DNA of 64,000 nt. It comes from Eledone cirrhosa (taxonomy: Eukaryota). The notes under the pieces were generated by a model that ran no database searches, was not told the DNA's origin, and saw only the letters and a program-made list of their open reading frames with translations. Made by a program: the position numbers and the translations under genes. The DNA lies in the NCBI GenBank assembly GCA_964016885.1, contig OZ024763.1, forward strand, positions 2,170,001 through 2,234,000, written 5' to 3'. This document shows positions 25,754 to 40,400 of this stretch, one piece after another (the stretch's first letter is position 1; each line of letters opens with the position of its first letter).

Positions 25754-25823
25754 TATACATATATATATAATTATATGTAAATATATATATATACACATAT
25801 GTAAATATATATACACGCACACG

Positions 25824-25887
<64 letters not shown>

Positions 25888-26102
25888 CACACAGTTAAAT
25901 ATAAATCCTAGACAGTATTATACAGTCTTTAAGTTATTAAAGCACATTAAACCACATGAAACAGATTTGAAGAGATTTAATTGTGGTGGAATCTGTTGTT
26001 GAAAAATCCCCAAATTTATTGAGGAATTTCCAAATGTCAACAATTGGAAGAATGTTGCTTTGATATCTATGTTGGGGTTGGGGTTGTTAGTTCAGGTGGA
26101 AA

Positions 26103-26276
26103 TCATCATCATCGTCATCATCATCATCATCATACGCCCGCTTTTCCCTGCTTGCAAGGGTGGGACGGGTCCTATTCAGCACAGCATCTCTCCACTTGTC
26201 ACGGTCCTTCGTCATCTCCACCGCGAGTTTCAGCGATCTGAGATCTGCTCTCTCTCACCACCATCATTATCATTGC

Positions 26277-26324
<48 letters not shown>

Positions 26325-26470
26325 TTTATGTCCGCTTTTCCCTGCTTGCAAGGGTGGGACGGGTCCTATTCAGCACAGCATCTCTCAACTTGTCACGGTC
26401 CTTCGTCATCTCCTCTGCGAGTTTCAGCGATCTGAGATCTGCTCTCTCTCACCACCATCATTATCATTGC

Positions 26471-26503
<33 letters not shown>

Positions 26504-26641
26504 TTTATGTCCGCTTTTCCCTGCTTGCAAGGGTGGGACGGGTCCTATTCAGCACAGCATCTCTCAACTTGTCACGGTCCTTCGTCATCTCCTCTGCGAG
26601 TTTCAGCGATCTGAGATCTGCTCTCTCTCACCACCATCATT

Positions 26642-26682
<41 letters not shown>

Positions 26683-26828
26683 TTTATGTCCGCTTTTCCC
26701 TGCTTGCAAGGGTGGGACGGGTCCTATTCAGCACAGCATCTCTCAACTTGTCACGGTCCTTCGTCATCTCCTCTGCGAGTTTCAGCGATCTGAGATCTGC
26801 TCTCTCTCACCACCATCATTATCATTGC

Positions 26829-26861
<33 letters not shown>

Positions 26862-27007
26862 TTTATGTCCGCTTTTCCCTGCTTGCAAGGGTGGGACGGG
26901 TCCTATTCAGCACAGCATCTCTCAACTTGTCACGGTCCTTCGTCATCTCCTCTGCGAGTTTCAGCGATCTGAGATCTGCTCTCTCTCACCACCATCATTA
27001 TCATTGC

Positions 27008-27040
<33 letters not shown>

Positions 27041-27186
27041 TTTATGTCCGCTTTTCCCTGCTTGCAAGGGTGGGACGGGTCCTATTCAGCACAGCATCTC
27101 TCAACTTGTCACGGTCCTTCGTCATCTCCTCTGCGAGTTTCAGCGATCTGAGATCTGCTCTCTCTCACCACCATCATTATCATTGC

Positions 27187-27219
<33 letters not shown>

Positions 27220-27365
27220 TTTATGTCCGCTTTTCCCTGCTTGCAAGGGTGGGACGGGTCCTATTCAGCACAGCATCTCTCAACTTGTCACGGTCCTTCG
27301 TCATCTCCTCTGCGAGTTTCAGCGATCTGAGATCTGCTCTCTCTCACCACCATCATTATCATTGC

Positions 27366-27398
<33 letters not shown>

Positions 27399-27544
27399 TT
27401 TATGTCCGCTTTTCCCTGCTTGCAAGGGTGGGACGGGTCCTATTCAGCACAGCATCTCTCCACTTGTCACGGTCCTTCGTCATCTCCACCGCGAGTTTCA
27501 GTGATCTGAGATCTGCTCTCTCTCACCACCATCATTATCATTGC

Positions 27545-27577
<33 letters not shown>

Positions 27578-27721
27578 TTTATGTCCGCTTTTCCCTGCTT
27601 GCAAGGGTGGGACGGGTCCTATTCAGCACAGCATCTCTCAACTTGTCACGGTCCTTCGTCATCTCCTCTGCGAGTTTCAGCGATCTGAGATCTGCTCTCT
27701 CTCACCACCATCATTATCATT

Positions 27722-27756
<35 letters not shown>

Positions 27757-27902
27757 TTTATGTCCGCTTTTCCCTGCTTGCAAGGGTGGGACGGGTCCTA
27801 TTCAGCACAGCATCTCTCCACTTGTCACGGTCCTTCGTCATCTCCACCGCGAGTTTCAGTGATCTGAGATCTGCTCTCTCTTACCACCATCATTATCATT
27901 GC

Positions 27903-27935
<33 letters not shown>
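26103..27935 (-). repeat. 179 bp tandem array (10 copies) of an RTE LINE 3' terminus including its (GAT)n tail
   Basis: Minus strand reads RADLRSLKLAEEMTKDRDK(W/L)RDAVLNRTRPTLASREKRT*. Solo copy at 52241-52347. Confidence 0.9.
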
Positions 27936-27937
<2 letters not shown>

Positions 27938-28209
27938 ACATTGTTGTTGTCATCATCTTCATCGTCACCATCACAATCATTTTCATTATCGTCTTCACCA
28001 TCATCACCATCATCATCGCCGTCATCATCATCATCATCGCCCTCATCATCATTATTTAATGTCCATTTTGCCACACTAGCATGGGTTAGATGAGCTGTCC
28101 TGTTATGTGACAGGACAGTTACGTCAGATCAGATGACCATGTCTTGTTCATACAGAACTGCTTCTTTCTCGGTTTCTATGGCTGGGTGTCCTTCCTAATG
28201 TCACCCACA

Positions 28210-29553
28210 TTTGCAGTGTGGACTGGAGGCTTTTTATTGTGGCACCAAATCAACCACTTTACAGCATGGACTGGGCCCTTTTTGTCGTGATACCTACATG
28301 ACCACTTTACAGCATGGACTGGGCCCTTTTTGTCGTGATACCTACATGACCACTTTACAGCATGGACTGGCCCCTTTTTCTCGTGATACTTACACGACCA
28401 CTTTACAGCATGGACTGGGCCCTTTTTTGTCGTGATACCTACATGACCACTTTACAGCATGGACTGGGCCCTTTTTGTCGTGATACCTACATGACCACTT
28501 TACAGCATGGACTGGCCCCTTTTTCTCGTGATACCTACATGACCACTTTACAGCATGGACTGGCCCCTTTTTCTCGTGATACTTACACGACCACTTTACA
28601 GCATGGACTGGGCCCTTTTTTGTCGTGATACCTACATGACCACTTTACAGCATGGACTGGGCCCTTTTTGTCGTGATACCTACATGACCACTTTACAGCA
28701 TGGACTGGCCCCTTTTTCTCGTGATACCTACATGACCACTTTACAGCATGGACTGGCCCCTTTTTCTCGTGATACCTACATAACCACTTTACAGCATGGA
28801 CTGGCCCCTTTTTCTCGTGATACCTACATAACCACTTTACAGCATGGACTGGCCCCTTTTTCTCGTGATACCTACATGACCACTTTACAGCATGGACTGG
28901 CCCCTTTTTCTCGTGATACCTACATGACCACTTTACAGCATGGACTGGCCCCTTTTTCTCGTGATACTTACACGACCACTTTACAGCATGGACTGGGCCC
29001 TTTTTTGTCGTGATACCTACATGACCACTTTACAGCATGGACTGGGCCCTTTTTGTCGTGATACCTACATGACCACTTTACAGCATGGACTGGCCCCTTT
29101 TTCTCGTGATACCTACATGACCACTTTACAGCATGGACTGGCCCCTTTTTCTCGTGATACCTACATAACCACTTTACAGCATGGACTGGCCCCTTTTTCT
29201 CGTGATACCTACATAACCACTTTACAGCATGGACTGGCCCCTTTTTCTCGTGATACCTACATAACCACTTTACAGCATGGACTGGCCCCTTTTTCTCGTG
29301 ATACCTACATAACCACTTTACAGCATGGACTGGCCCCTTTTTCTCGTGACACTTACATAACCACTTTACAGCATGGACTGGCCCCTTTTTCTCGTGATAC
29401 TTACACGACCACTTTACAGCATGGACTGGGCCCTTTTTGTTGTGATACTTATACAACCACTTTACAGTATGGACTGGGCCCTTTTTGTCATGACACTTAC
29501 ACAACCACTTTACAGTGTGGACTGGGCGCCTTTTGTCATGGCACCAACATGAC

Positions 29554-29555
<2 letters not shown>
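28210..29555. repeat. 48 bp minisatellite, about 28 copies, SINE-derived
   Basis: Unit ACCACTTTACAGCATGGACTGGGCCCTTTTTGTCGTGATACCTACATG resembles the S1 SINE internal segment. Confidence 0.9.
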
Positions 29556-29614
<59 letters not shown>

Positions 29615-29738
29615 GGTGTGGGCGTGTGTGTGTTACAGGTGGATTCCCGGTGACCACAGTTTAAAAAGGAACTCAATACATTAGTAGAATATGTATATAT
29701 ATATATATATATATATATTTATTCTATTATAGAAATTA

Positions 29739-29785
29739 CTTCTACAGGACTAGTACTGTTTCATCCATAAGAAATCATCAAGAAA
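29739..29785 (-). ncRNA. Degenerate hammerhead-like motif (family H)
   Basis: TTGATGA-TTTCTTATGGAT-GAAA-C-AGTACT-AG-TC. Confidence 0.5.
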
Positions 29786-30225
29786 ATCAGGCAATTTTTG
29801 TCAGCTTCAGTATATATAGTTTCCTAGAAATGGGTATTGGGATGGGGGGGGGGTAGTAGGGGGGGGGGGGGGGGGGTAATGGAGTGAAGGAGAACTAGAT
29901 GGAGGGGGAAAGGAACTAGTGGATGTGTCCCCTTTCCCAGTAATGTATTATAGAAAATGGTTGAAGGAAGAGTTTGGTAGCCTCTTCTAATAGAAACATT
30001 GGTATGTTCCAGGAACTATCCAGAAATGGTTTGATTGTAACAACATAGATTGGTAATTAAGAAGACACTGTGTATATATTTGTATATATATATATATACA
30101 TGTGTGTGTGTGTCTAGATATATGTATATATGTATGTGTGTGTCTAGATATATATATATATGTATGTGTGTGTCTAGATATATATATATGTGTGTGTGTG
30201 TGTCTAGATATATGTATATATGTAC

Positions 30226-30271
<46 letters not shown>

Positions 30272-30635
30272 ATGTCTAGATATATATATATGTGTGTGTA
30301 TGTCTAGGTATATATATATGTGTGTGTGTCTAGATATATATGTGTGTGTGTATATGTGTGTATATGTATGTATATGTATATGTATGTATGTGTATATATG
30401 TATATGAACATATATGTATATAATTATATGTATATATATATGTATGTACATATATATGTCTATATACATATATATATATATATATATTTGTATATATATA
30501 TATATATGTATATATGCATGTATATTTGTATATATATATTTATGTATATGTATATACTCATATATATATGTATATTTATACATGCATGTATATTTGTATA
30601 TATATATATTTATGTATATGTATATATATATACTC

Positions 30636-30667
<32 letters not shown>

Positions 30668-30668
30668 G

Positions 30669-30731
<63 letters not shown>

Positions 30732-30800
30732 GCTTATATACATATATATATGACTATATTTCATTCATTTTTCTCCTTCCGCCCATAATATATTTTTTAT

Positions 30801-30850
<50 letters not shown>

Positions 30851-30855
30851 TGTAG

Positions 30856-30895
<40 letters not shown>

Positions 30896-32124
30896 CACAC
30901 ACACCACACACACACACACATATATATATATATACACACACACACATATATATACACACACCGGGTGATGAAAGGAGGAATCTGTACAGTCTCTTTAGCT
31001 ATTCAATGTAGCAATGAAAATATGTCAGAAGCAAACAAGTGTAACATCTCTGTTAGGGGGGGTGGGGTGGGGGAAGGGCAGGTGATTGAATCTCAATTAT
31101 TGACTACTATACTGTTCAATAGTGTTCAATACTGATTGAACAACCATTCACTGAGTGAAGCTGATAAATTGGCTTTCATGTAAATGGACCCCACAAAATG
31201 GTGGCTGGAGATTCTTAACAATGTGATCAATGGTGAAACAATATGTCTGTCTCAATGTATGTATGGTGTATATATGTATATATGTATGTGTGTATGTATG
31301 TATGTGTGTATGCATATGTGTATGTATGTATGTATATGTATGTGTATGTATGTCTGTCTGTACGTACATATGTATCTATGTATGGATGTATGTGTGTATG
31401 TATATATGTATGTGTGTGTGTATGTATATATGTATGTATGTATGTATGTATGGATGGATGTATATATATGTGTAAGTATGGATGGATGTATATATGTGTG
31501 TATGTATGTATGTGTGTGTGTATGTGTATGTATATATGTATGTGTGTATGCATATGTGTATGTATGTAGGTATATGTATATGTGTATGTGTGTATGTCTG
31601 TACATACATATGTATCTATGTATGGATGTATGTGTGTATGTATGTATGTGTGTATGTATATATATGTGTGTGTGTGTATGTATATATGTATGTATGTATG
31701 GATGGATGTATATATGTATGTGTGTATGTAGGTATGTGTGTGTGTGTGTGTATGTGTATGTATATATATGTGTGTATGTATGTATGGATGGATGTATATA
31801 TGTATGTGTGTATGTAGGTATGTGTGTGTGTGTATGTGTATGTATATATATGTGTGTATGTATGTGTATGTATGGATGGATGTATATATGTATGTGTGTA
31901 TGCATGTATGTGCGTGTGTATGTGTGTATGTATATATATGTGTGTGTGTATGTATATATGTATATGTGTATGTATATATGTATTATAAATTTTAAGTGTA
32001 AAGTTTTTCTGAACATGTTTTATATTTGCTCTTCTAAAACTGTTTTTCTATGTTTATATTTTGCCTCATAAAGAAGGTTTATATTCTGGGAAAGATTTTA
32101 GGCTTACCCAAGACTATACTCACC

Positions 32125-32151
<27 letters not shown>

Positions 32152-32155
<4 letters not shown>

Positions 32156-32502
32156 TTTCATTTCATTTTACATCCGCTTTTCCCTGCTTGCAAGGGTGGG
32201 GGGATGGAAACTGATGCTGGCTTGATTTCTACAGCTGGATGCGGATGCCCTTCCTAACACCAACCTCATTTGCAGTGAGTGCTGGGTGGTTTTTTTTTTG
32301 CCGTGGCACCTCCACGTCCACTTTGCAGTGGAATGATAGGGACCCCAGTCCCTATCATCTCATTTCTACAGCTGAGTAAACTGGAGCAATGTGAAATAAA
32401 GTGTCTTGCTCAAGGAAACAACACATCACCCGGTCTGAGAATTAAACTCACAACCTTTCGATTGCAAGGCCAATGCTCTAACCACTAAGCCATGTGCCTC
32501 CA
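32152..32502 (-). mobile_element. SINE S1
   Basis: Matches 62943-63300. Confidence 0.85.
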
Positions 32503-32521
32503 TATATATATACACACACAC

Positions 32522-32773
32522 ACAATGATATTAAATAAATAGAAACTATATTTATAAAACCATATTTATTCTATTATATATATTTCAAGGATACCCTTGA
32601 AATATATATAATAGAATAAATATGGTTTTATAAATATAACTATATTTATAAAACCATATTTATTCTTTATTTAATATCATTGTATATTATACTCCAGAAA
32701 TCTGTTGAGTGCTCTGAATCAGTTATAAACATTTATATTTGTTGAATTACCAACAAATTGAATATCCCTTCTG

Positions 32774-32776
<3 letters not shown>
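32522..32776 (+). mobile_element. Family C element folded back inside hammerhead stem II (half-ribozyme palindrome 32546-32638)
   Basis: TTTCAAGG-ATAC-CCTTGAAA centre, GAAA-TATATA-TA-ATAGAATA on both strands, tail homologous to 20310-20397. Confidence 0.75.
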
Positions 32777-32828
<52 letters not shown>

Positions 32829-33175
32829 ATACTTGGGGAGGGACATATTGTAATAATATTGCCAGAAATAATAACAGAACACCTTCACTGTTAGGTTGGT
32901 TTCATTTCTGTATCTTTTATATCTCCACAGTTAATTCATTTGGTCCTCAATGTTTATCATTGACTGACCAACGGTCAAAAATATAGATATAAACACATAA
33001 TAAATACAATATCGGAGAAAGCTTTTTAACGATACTCCGGCCAATTCCAACTCACTCAACAAACATTAGGAATAAGTGATTATATTCCCAATTATGCCGT
33101 TCGGGGTGCTAACTAAAAGTATTGCGTAGAAAATTGGCTGTATTATTTCATATGAGACATATCTAATATATCTCT

Positions 33176-33302
33176 CCCAGACGGACGTCTCGTTTCATTA
33201 TAGGATTCCTACAATTTGGGTGAAATTATACCAATTTATGTAGGAGCTTGTATACCATCAATAGATATATATTCAAGTGGGCTCCTATAATTCATCAGTG
33301 GG
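33176..33302 (-). ncRNA. Hammerhead ribozyme with GUC site and branched stem II
   Basis: CCCA-CTGATGA-ATTATAGGA...TCCTATAAT-GAAA-CG-AGACGTC-CG-TC-TGGG. Confidence 0.88.
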
Positions 33303-33405
33303 TGCCCCAATAATACTAATATTGATAATCTAACCAACATCAGTATTTAGCGATAATCATCATCTGTGCCTGAGGTATCTGTCAGGTTGCCAGTCCAGCA
33401 TATAT

Positions 33406-33456
33406 ATAGTCTAACAAAGTTCTTTCGTTGCACATTTGCAACATCATCAGTGGTAC
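33406..33456 (-). ncRNA. Hammerhead core (stems I and III atypical)
   Basis: CTGATGA-T-GTTGCA AATG TGCAAC-GAAA. Second copy at 56164-56216. Confidence 0.55.
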
Positions 33457-35915
33457 AGATAAAATAAAAATGGCGTAGACATACAATACAACAGGGGGAA
33501 CATTATAGTACCACTGATGATGCTGCCGATGTATTATTGGTGCTAGGGTTGGTGACAGTGGTGGTGGTGGTGACAGTGTCGGTGGTGGTGGTGGTGACAG
33601 TGGTGGTGGTGACAGTGTCAGTGGTGGTGGTGGTGACAGTGTTGGTGGTGGTGAGTGGTGGTGGTGGTGGTGGTGGAGGTGACAGTGTCGGTGGTGGTGG
33701 TGGTGGTGGAGGTGACAGTGTCGGTGGTGGTGGTGGTGACAGTGTCGGTGGTGGTGGTGGTGAGTGGTGGTGACAGTGTCGGTGGTGGTGGTGGTGGTGG
33801 TGGTGGAGGTGACAGTGTCGGTGGTGGTGGTGGTGGAGGTGACAGTGTCGGTGGTGGTGGTGGTGGAGGTGACAGTGTCGGTGGTGGTGGTGGTGGTGGA
33901 GGTGACAGTGGTGGTGGTGGTGATATTATTGGTGCTAGGGTGGGGTGGGTGGCAGAAGACCATTAAATTCTCTTTAATCATTTCATAATTATTCCTGTTG
34001 TTCTTGTTGCTGTTGTTATTGTTGTTGCTTTTGTTGTTGTCGTTGTTGTTGTTGTTGTGTGCTGCTGTTGTTGTTATTGTTGCTGTTGTTGTTGTTGTTG
34101 CTGTTGTGTACTGTTGTTATTGCTGCTATATGCTGCTGCTGTTGTTGTTGTTGTTGTTGTTGTTGTTGCTGTTGTGTACTGCTGTTATTGCTGCTATATG
34201 CTGCTGCTGGTGCTGTTGTTGCAGCTATATGCTGCTGCTGTTGCTGCTATTGTTGTTGCTGTTGTTGTTGTTTTGATGTGATTCCGCGGCAACAACTGGC
34301 ATCTCTACTGCTGCAGCTGCTGCTATATAAAAGTCTGTTGCTGCTGCTGCTGTATAAAAGTCTGTTGCTGCTGTTATTGCTGCTGCTGCTATATAAAAGT
34401 CTGTTGCTGCTAAAGGTCTGTTGCTGCTGTTATTGCTGCTGCTGCTGCTGTTGTATAAAAGTCTGTTGCTGCTGCAGCTGCTGCTTTATAAAAGTCTATT
34501 GCTGCTGTTATTGCTGCTGCTGCTGCTATATAAAAGTCTATTGCTGCTGTTGCTGCTATATGTCTGCTGCTGCTGTTGTTCGTATTGCTGTTATTGTTGT
34601 TGGTGTTGCTGCTGCTGGTGCCAGTGCTGCTGTTGATGCTGCTGCTGGTAGTGGTGGTGCTAATAGTGCTGCTGAGGGTGGTGGTGGTGAAGCTAGTACT
34701 GCTGCTGCTGGTGGCCGTGGTGGTGCCAGTACTGCTGCAGTAGTTGGTGGTGGTGGTGCCAGTGCTACTGCTCGTGGTGGTGGTGGTGGTGGTGGTGGTG
34801 GTGGTGGTGGTGCGCAGTGCTACTGCTGCTGGTGGCGGTGGTGGTGCCAGTACTGCTGCAGTAGTTGGTGGTGGTGGTGCCAGTGCTACTGCTCGTGGTG
34901 GTGGTGGTGGTGGTGGTGGCGGTGGTGCCAGTGCTACTGCTGGTGATGGTGGTGGTGGTGGTGCCAGTGCTACTGCTCGTGGTGGGGGTGGCGGTGGTGC
35001 CAGTGCTACTGCTGGTGATGGTGGTGGTGGTGGTGCCAGTGCTACTGCTTGTGGTGGGGGTGGCGGTGGTGCCAGTGCTGCTGCTGGTGGTGGTGGTGGT
35101 GGTGGTGCAAGTGCTGGTGGTGGTGGTGCCAGTGCTGGTGGTGGTGGTGGTGGTGGTGGTGGTGCAGTGCTGCTGGTGGTGATGGTGGTGGTGGTGGTGC
35201 AAGTGCTGGTGGTGGTGGTGCCAGTGCTGGTGGTGGTGGTGGTGGTGGTGGTGGTGCAGTGCTGCTGGTGGTGATGGTGGTGGTGGTGGTGCAAGTGCTG
35301 GTGGTGGTGGTGGTGGTGGTGCAGTGCTGCTGGTGGTGGTGGTGGTGGTGCAAGTGCTGGTGGTGGTGGTGCCAGTGGTGGTGGTGGTGGTGGTGCAATG
35401 CTGGTGGTGGTGGTGGTGGTGGTGGTGGTGCCGCTCCCCAACTGTTTATCTTAATGGTCAATGTGTTGTTTGGAAGGATATCAACTAAACAGTGTCTTAG
35501 GCAGCGGCTGATTAGACACTACACCCCCCTCCCTCCCTCCCTGCCTCCACTGTACCCCCACCCCCTCCTTACCACACCCATCCCGACCTCCTACCTCGCC
35601 TGCACACCCTACTGTAGCCCCACCGTACCTCCTACCCCACCACCACCCCTGTACCGTACTCCCGTCCCCACCACCACCCCATGTACCCTACTCCCGTCCC
35701 CACCACCACCCCATGTACCCTACTCCCCCCTATACCGTACTCCCGTCCCCACCCCAGCCCCACCCCAGAAAGGGAGAAGGATGCACCCGTTTGTGTAGCC
35801 CGATGCAACATGATTCTGCACTGCTGTCTCTGCAGATAGATATCTCTCTCTCCTCTCTCTTTCTCTCTCTCTCTGTCAGATCTTCCATGCTGCACAAAAC
35901 TGTACATTAAGCAAC

Positions 35916-36790
35916 TGGTGGTGGTGGTGGTGGTGGTGGTGGTGGTGGTGGTGGTGGTAGTGGTAGTGGTGGTGGTGGTAGTGGTGGTGGTGGTGGTGGT
36001 GGTGGTGTTGGTGGTGGTGGTGTTCGGAATAGGGCTGGTATTGGTGGTGGTGGTGTTGGTGGTGGTAGTGGTGGTGGTGGTGGTGGTGGTGGTGTTGGTG
36101 GTGGTGGTGTTCGGAATAGGGCTGGTATTGGTGGTGGTGGTGTTGGTGGTGGTGTTGGGAATAGGGCTGGTATTGGTGGTGGTGGTGTTGGTGGTGGTGG
36201 TAGTGGTGGTGGTGGTGTTCGGAATAGGGCTGGTATTGGTGGTGGTGGTGTTGGTGGTGGTGGTGGTGTTCGGAATAGGGCTGGTATTGGTGGTGGTGGT
36301 GTTGGTGGTGGTAGTGGTGGTGGTGGTGTTCGGAATAGGGCTGGTATTGGTGGTGGTGGTGTTGGTGGTGGTAGTGGTGGTGGTGGTGTTGGGGAATAGG
36401 GCTGGTATTGGTGGTGGTGGTGTTGGTGGTGGTGGTAGTGGTGGTGGTGTTCGGAATAGGGCTGGTATTGGTGGTGGTGGTGTTGGTGGTGGTAGTGGTG
36501 GTGGTGGTGTTCGGAATAGGGCTGGTATTGGTGGTGGTGGTGTTGGTGGTGGTAGTGGTGGTGGTGGTGTTCGGAATAGGGCTGGTATTGGTGGTGGTGG
36601 TGGTGGTGGTGGTGTTGGGAATAGGGCTGGTATTGGTGGTGGTGGTGTTGGTGGTGGTGGTGGTGTTCGGAATAGGGCTGGTATTGGTGGTGGTGGTGGT
36701 GGTGGTGGTGGTAGTGGTGGTGGTGGTGGGAATAGGGCTGGTATTGGTGGTGTTGGTGGTGGTGTTGGTGGTGTTGTTGTTGTTGTTGTT
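35916..36790. repeat. (GGT)n array punctuated by TTCGGAATAGGGCTGGTATT
   Basis: About 14 copies of a fixed 20-mer separated by variable GGT runs. Confidence 0.85.
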
Positions 36791-37231
36791 GTTGTTGCTG
36801 CTACAGTTGGTGGTGTTGGTGCAGAAAGCAGTGCATGATGGAATATTTCGAAGTGACACCGGCAGGCGCAAATACAAGCACGTGCTTTTGACTCTCTCTC
36901 TCTCTCTCTCACTCTCTCCCACACAGTCTCTCTCTCTCCCTCACTCTCACAGTCTCTCTCTCCGTCACTCTCACAGTCTCACTCTCTCTCTCTCTCACTC
37001 TCACAGTCTGTCTCTCTCTCCCTCACACAGTCTGTCTCTCTCTCCCTCACACAGTCTGTCTCTCTAACACACATTCTCTCTTTCTCTCTCCCTGTTTGTC
37101 ATTTTCTCCTTTTTCTTTCTCTCTGTCTCTCTCTCTCTCTGTCTCTTTCTCTGTCTCTTTCTCTCTGTCTCTCTCTCTGTCTCTCTCTCTCTCTGTCTCT
37201 TTCTCTGTCTCTTTCTCTCTGTCTCTCTCTC

Positions 37232-37263
<32 letters not shown>

Positions 37264-37441
37264 AGTCAGTGAGATATGACATGCAAACTTCATATTAACT
37301 CCACCAGTTGAAGCTACTACACATTGTTGCATATATATACAGAGTTACATATACAGACACACACATATATATGTATATATATACTCACACACACATAGAC
37401 ATATATACAGTTACATACACAAACATATATATATATACTCT

Positions 37442-37496
<55 letters not shown>

Positions 37497-40400
37497 TCAC
37501 ATACACATATATACAGAGTTATATACACAAACACACACACATATATATATATACATATATACTCACATGCACACACATATATATATATATAGATACACAC
37601 ACATATGCATACACTAACATTCCTTCACATTATGCTGTGGGAAAGTCAACTGTAAACTCTGCCTTACGCATAAATATATATACATATATACACACATACA
37701 TACCATAATACATATATATACACATACACACATACTATATATATATATATATACATACATACACAAACACACATCTATATACAAACCTGAATTCCCTCAC
37801 ATAATGATATAACCAACTGCAAACTTTACACACACAAACACACAAACACTCACACACAATACGCAAACAGGAACACATCTACACAGAAACACACACACAC
37901 ACAGAACCCCCCCCCCCCACACACACACATACATAAACAAGCACAAGTACACACTTACAAACAAACACACAAATATTCACACACAAACACAAGCATACAC
38001 AAACACATACAAACAAAGGCACACACAAACCCACAAACAAACACACGCACACACAAACACATCTACACACATCTACACATAAACACATCTACACACACAC
38101 CCACAAACGCACACACACAAACACAGCCACACACACAGAAACACACACACAAACAAACACACAAACTCCCACAAAAATACACATACATACAAACACCCAC
38201 ATGAACATAATACACACACACAAATACACACACATACAAACACCCATATGAACATAATACACACACAAATTCACACACACATGAACACAATACACACACA
38301 CAAACAAACACACAAACTCCCACAAAAACACACACACAAATACACACACATACAAACACACGACTACATCTACAGAAAGCGAGATCTAGAGAGATATTTG
38401 CCAGAGAAAATATCAACAGTTCTGTGAGGGTCTCTCAACCTCACTTTACCAGTTTCCCTCTTCCAGCAGAAACCTGGAGATTCTTGCCTATCGGAATTTT
38501 ACCAAAAATCAATACAAATACTACTTGTTTTCCCTGTCTTCTTCCTCCTTCTTTGTCTTCTTCTTCTTCGCCTTCTTCTTCTTTGCCTTCTTCTTCTTCT
38601 TCTTCTTCTTCTTCTTCTTCTTCTTCTTCTTCTTCTTTGCCTTCTTCTTCTTCTTCTTTTTCTTCTTCTTTGCCTTCTTCTTTGCCTTCTTCTTCACTGT
38701 TTTTTTGTTGTTCTTCTTTTTCTTCTTTCTTTGCTTGTTGTTGTTGTTGTTGTTGTCGTTGTTGTTCTTCTTCCTTCCATTTCCTTCTTTTTGTTTTACT
38801 TTCTCCTTCATTCTTCTTCTTCCTTTTGTTTTTTTGTTCTTCCTTTCTTTCTTTTTGTTTTACTTTCACTTTCATTATCGTTTTTGTTAAATTTTTTTAC
38901 TTTTATTTTGCTCAGTTTTAATTTGTTGTTGTTGTTATTGTTGTTGTTATCATTAATCTTTCCACCACCACCACCACCACACACACCCTGCCAACCCAAC
39001 CTACTTCCTTCCCTTCTATCCATTCACATAGCTCCTTCCCCTCCACCATCACAACTACAACCACAACCATCATCAACATCACAACCACCACCACCACCAC
39101 CACCACCACCACCACCACCAACATCAGAACCACAACCAACATCATCAACATCATAACCACCACCATCATCAATACCAACACCACCATCACCACTGCCACC
39201 ATAACAACCAACACAACCACCACCACCACCATCACAACCCCTCACCACCATCACCACACCACCATCACACCACCACCACCACCACCACACCACCATCACC
39301 ATAACAACCACCAGACTACCACCATCACCACCATCACACCACCACCACCACCATAACAACCACCACCACCATCACAACCCCTCACCACCACACTACCACC
39401 ACCAACAACACAACCACCACCACCACCACCACACCACCATCACCATAACAACCACCAGACTACCAACACCACCACACTACCACCACCACCACTGCCACCA
39501 CAACAACCAACACAACCACCACCACCATCAAAACCCCTCACCACCACACCACCATCACCATAACAACCACCAGACTACCACCACCACCACCACCATCAAC
39601 TCCCACCACCACCATCACAACCCCTCACCACCACCACCACAGCAACCACCACCACCACCACCACCACCACAGCAACCACCACCACCACCACCACCACCAT
39701 AGCAACTCCCACCACCACCACCACCGCCACCACAGCAACCCTCACCACCACCACCATCACAACCCCTCACCACCACCACCACCACCACCACCACCACAGC
39801 AACCACCACCACCACCACCACCACCATAGCAACTCCCACCACCACCGCCACCACAGCAACCCTCACCACCACCACCACCACCATCACAACCCCTCACCAC
39901 CACTACCACCACCACCACCACCACCACAGCAACCACCATCATAGCAACTCCCACCACTACCACAGCAACTCCCACCACTACCACAGCAACCACCACCACC
40001 ACCACAGCAACCCTCACCACCACCACCACCACCACCACCACCACCACCACAGCAACCACCACCACCACCACCACCACCGCCACCAGGAGTGTCATCGTTC
40101 TCATCTTTCCCAGGTTTTAATGCTAATCCCTGCGCCGTTCATTATTTACGTATTCTCTTTAAATCATTTGTTGCTGCTGTTCTGGAACTTCCTGGTGCTT
40201 CTGGAAAATCTGGGAATTCTAGAAATTCTGGAAACTCTGGAAATCCTTGGAAATTATTGGAAATACATTTAACAAGTGAAAAATTTTTGGTAGGGTTCAC
40301 ATATACAGGAGAGACAAACCCTTTGTCACCACACTTATTACTTTTACTATTATTATTATTACAAAACTTGTTTGTAATAATATACACCAATTTATATACA

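Larger units (their letters stand above)
32834..33530 (-). mobile_element. Family F element with two different hammerhead motifs and an inverted 5' piece
   Basis: Homologous segments at 55981-56260. Small inverted repeat 33438-33456 / 33508-33526. Confidence 0.7.

Noticed and set aside
28211-29653. CRISPR-like or repeat-protein appearance of the 48 bp array
   Set aside because: No unique spacers, frameshifting units, SINE-derived, eukaryotic context.
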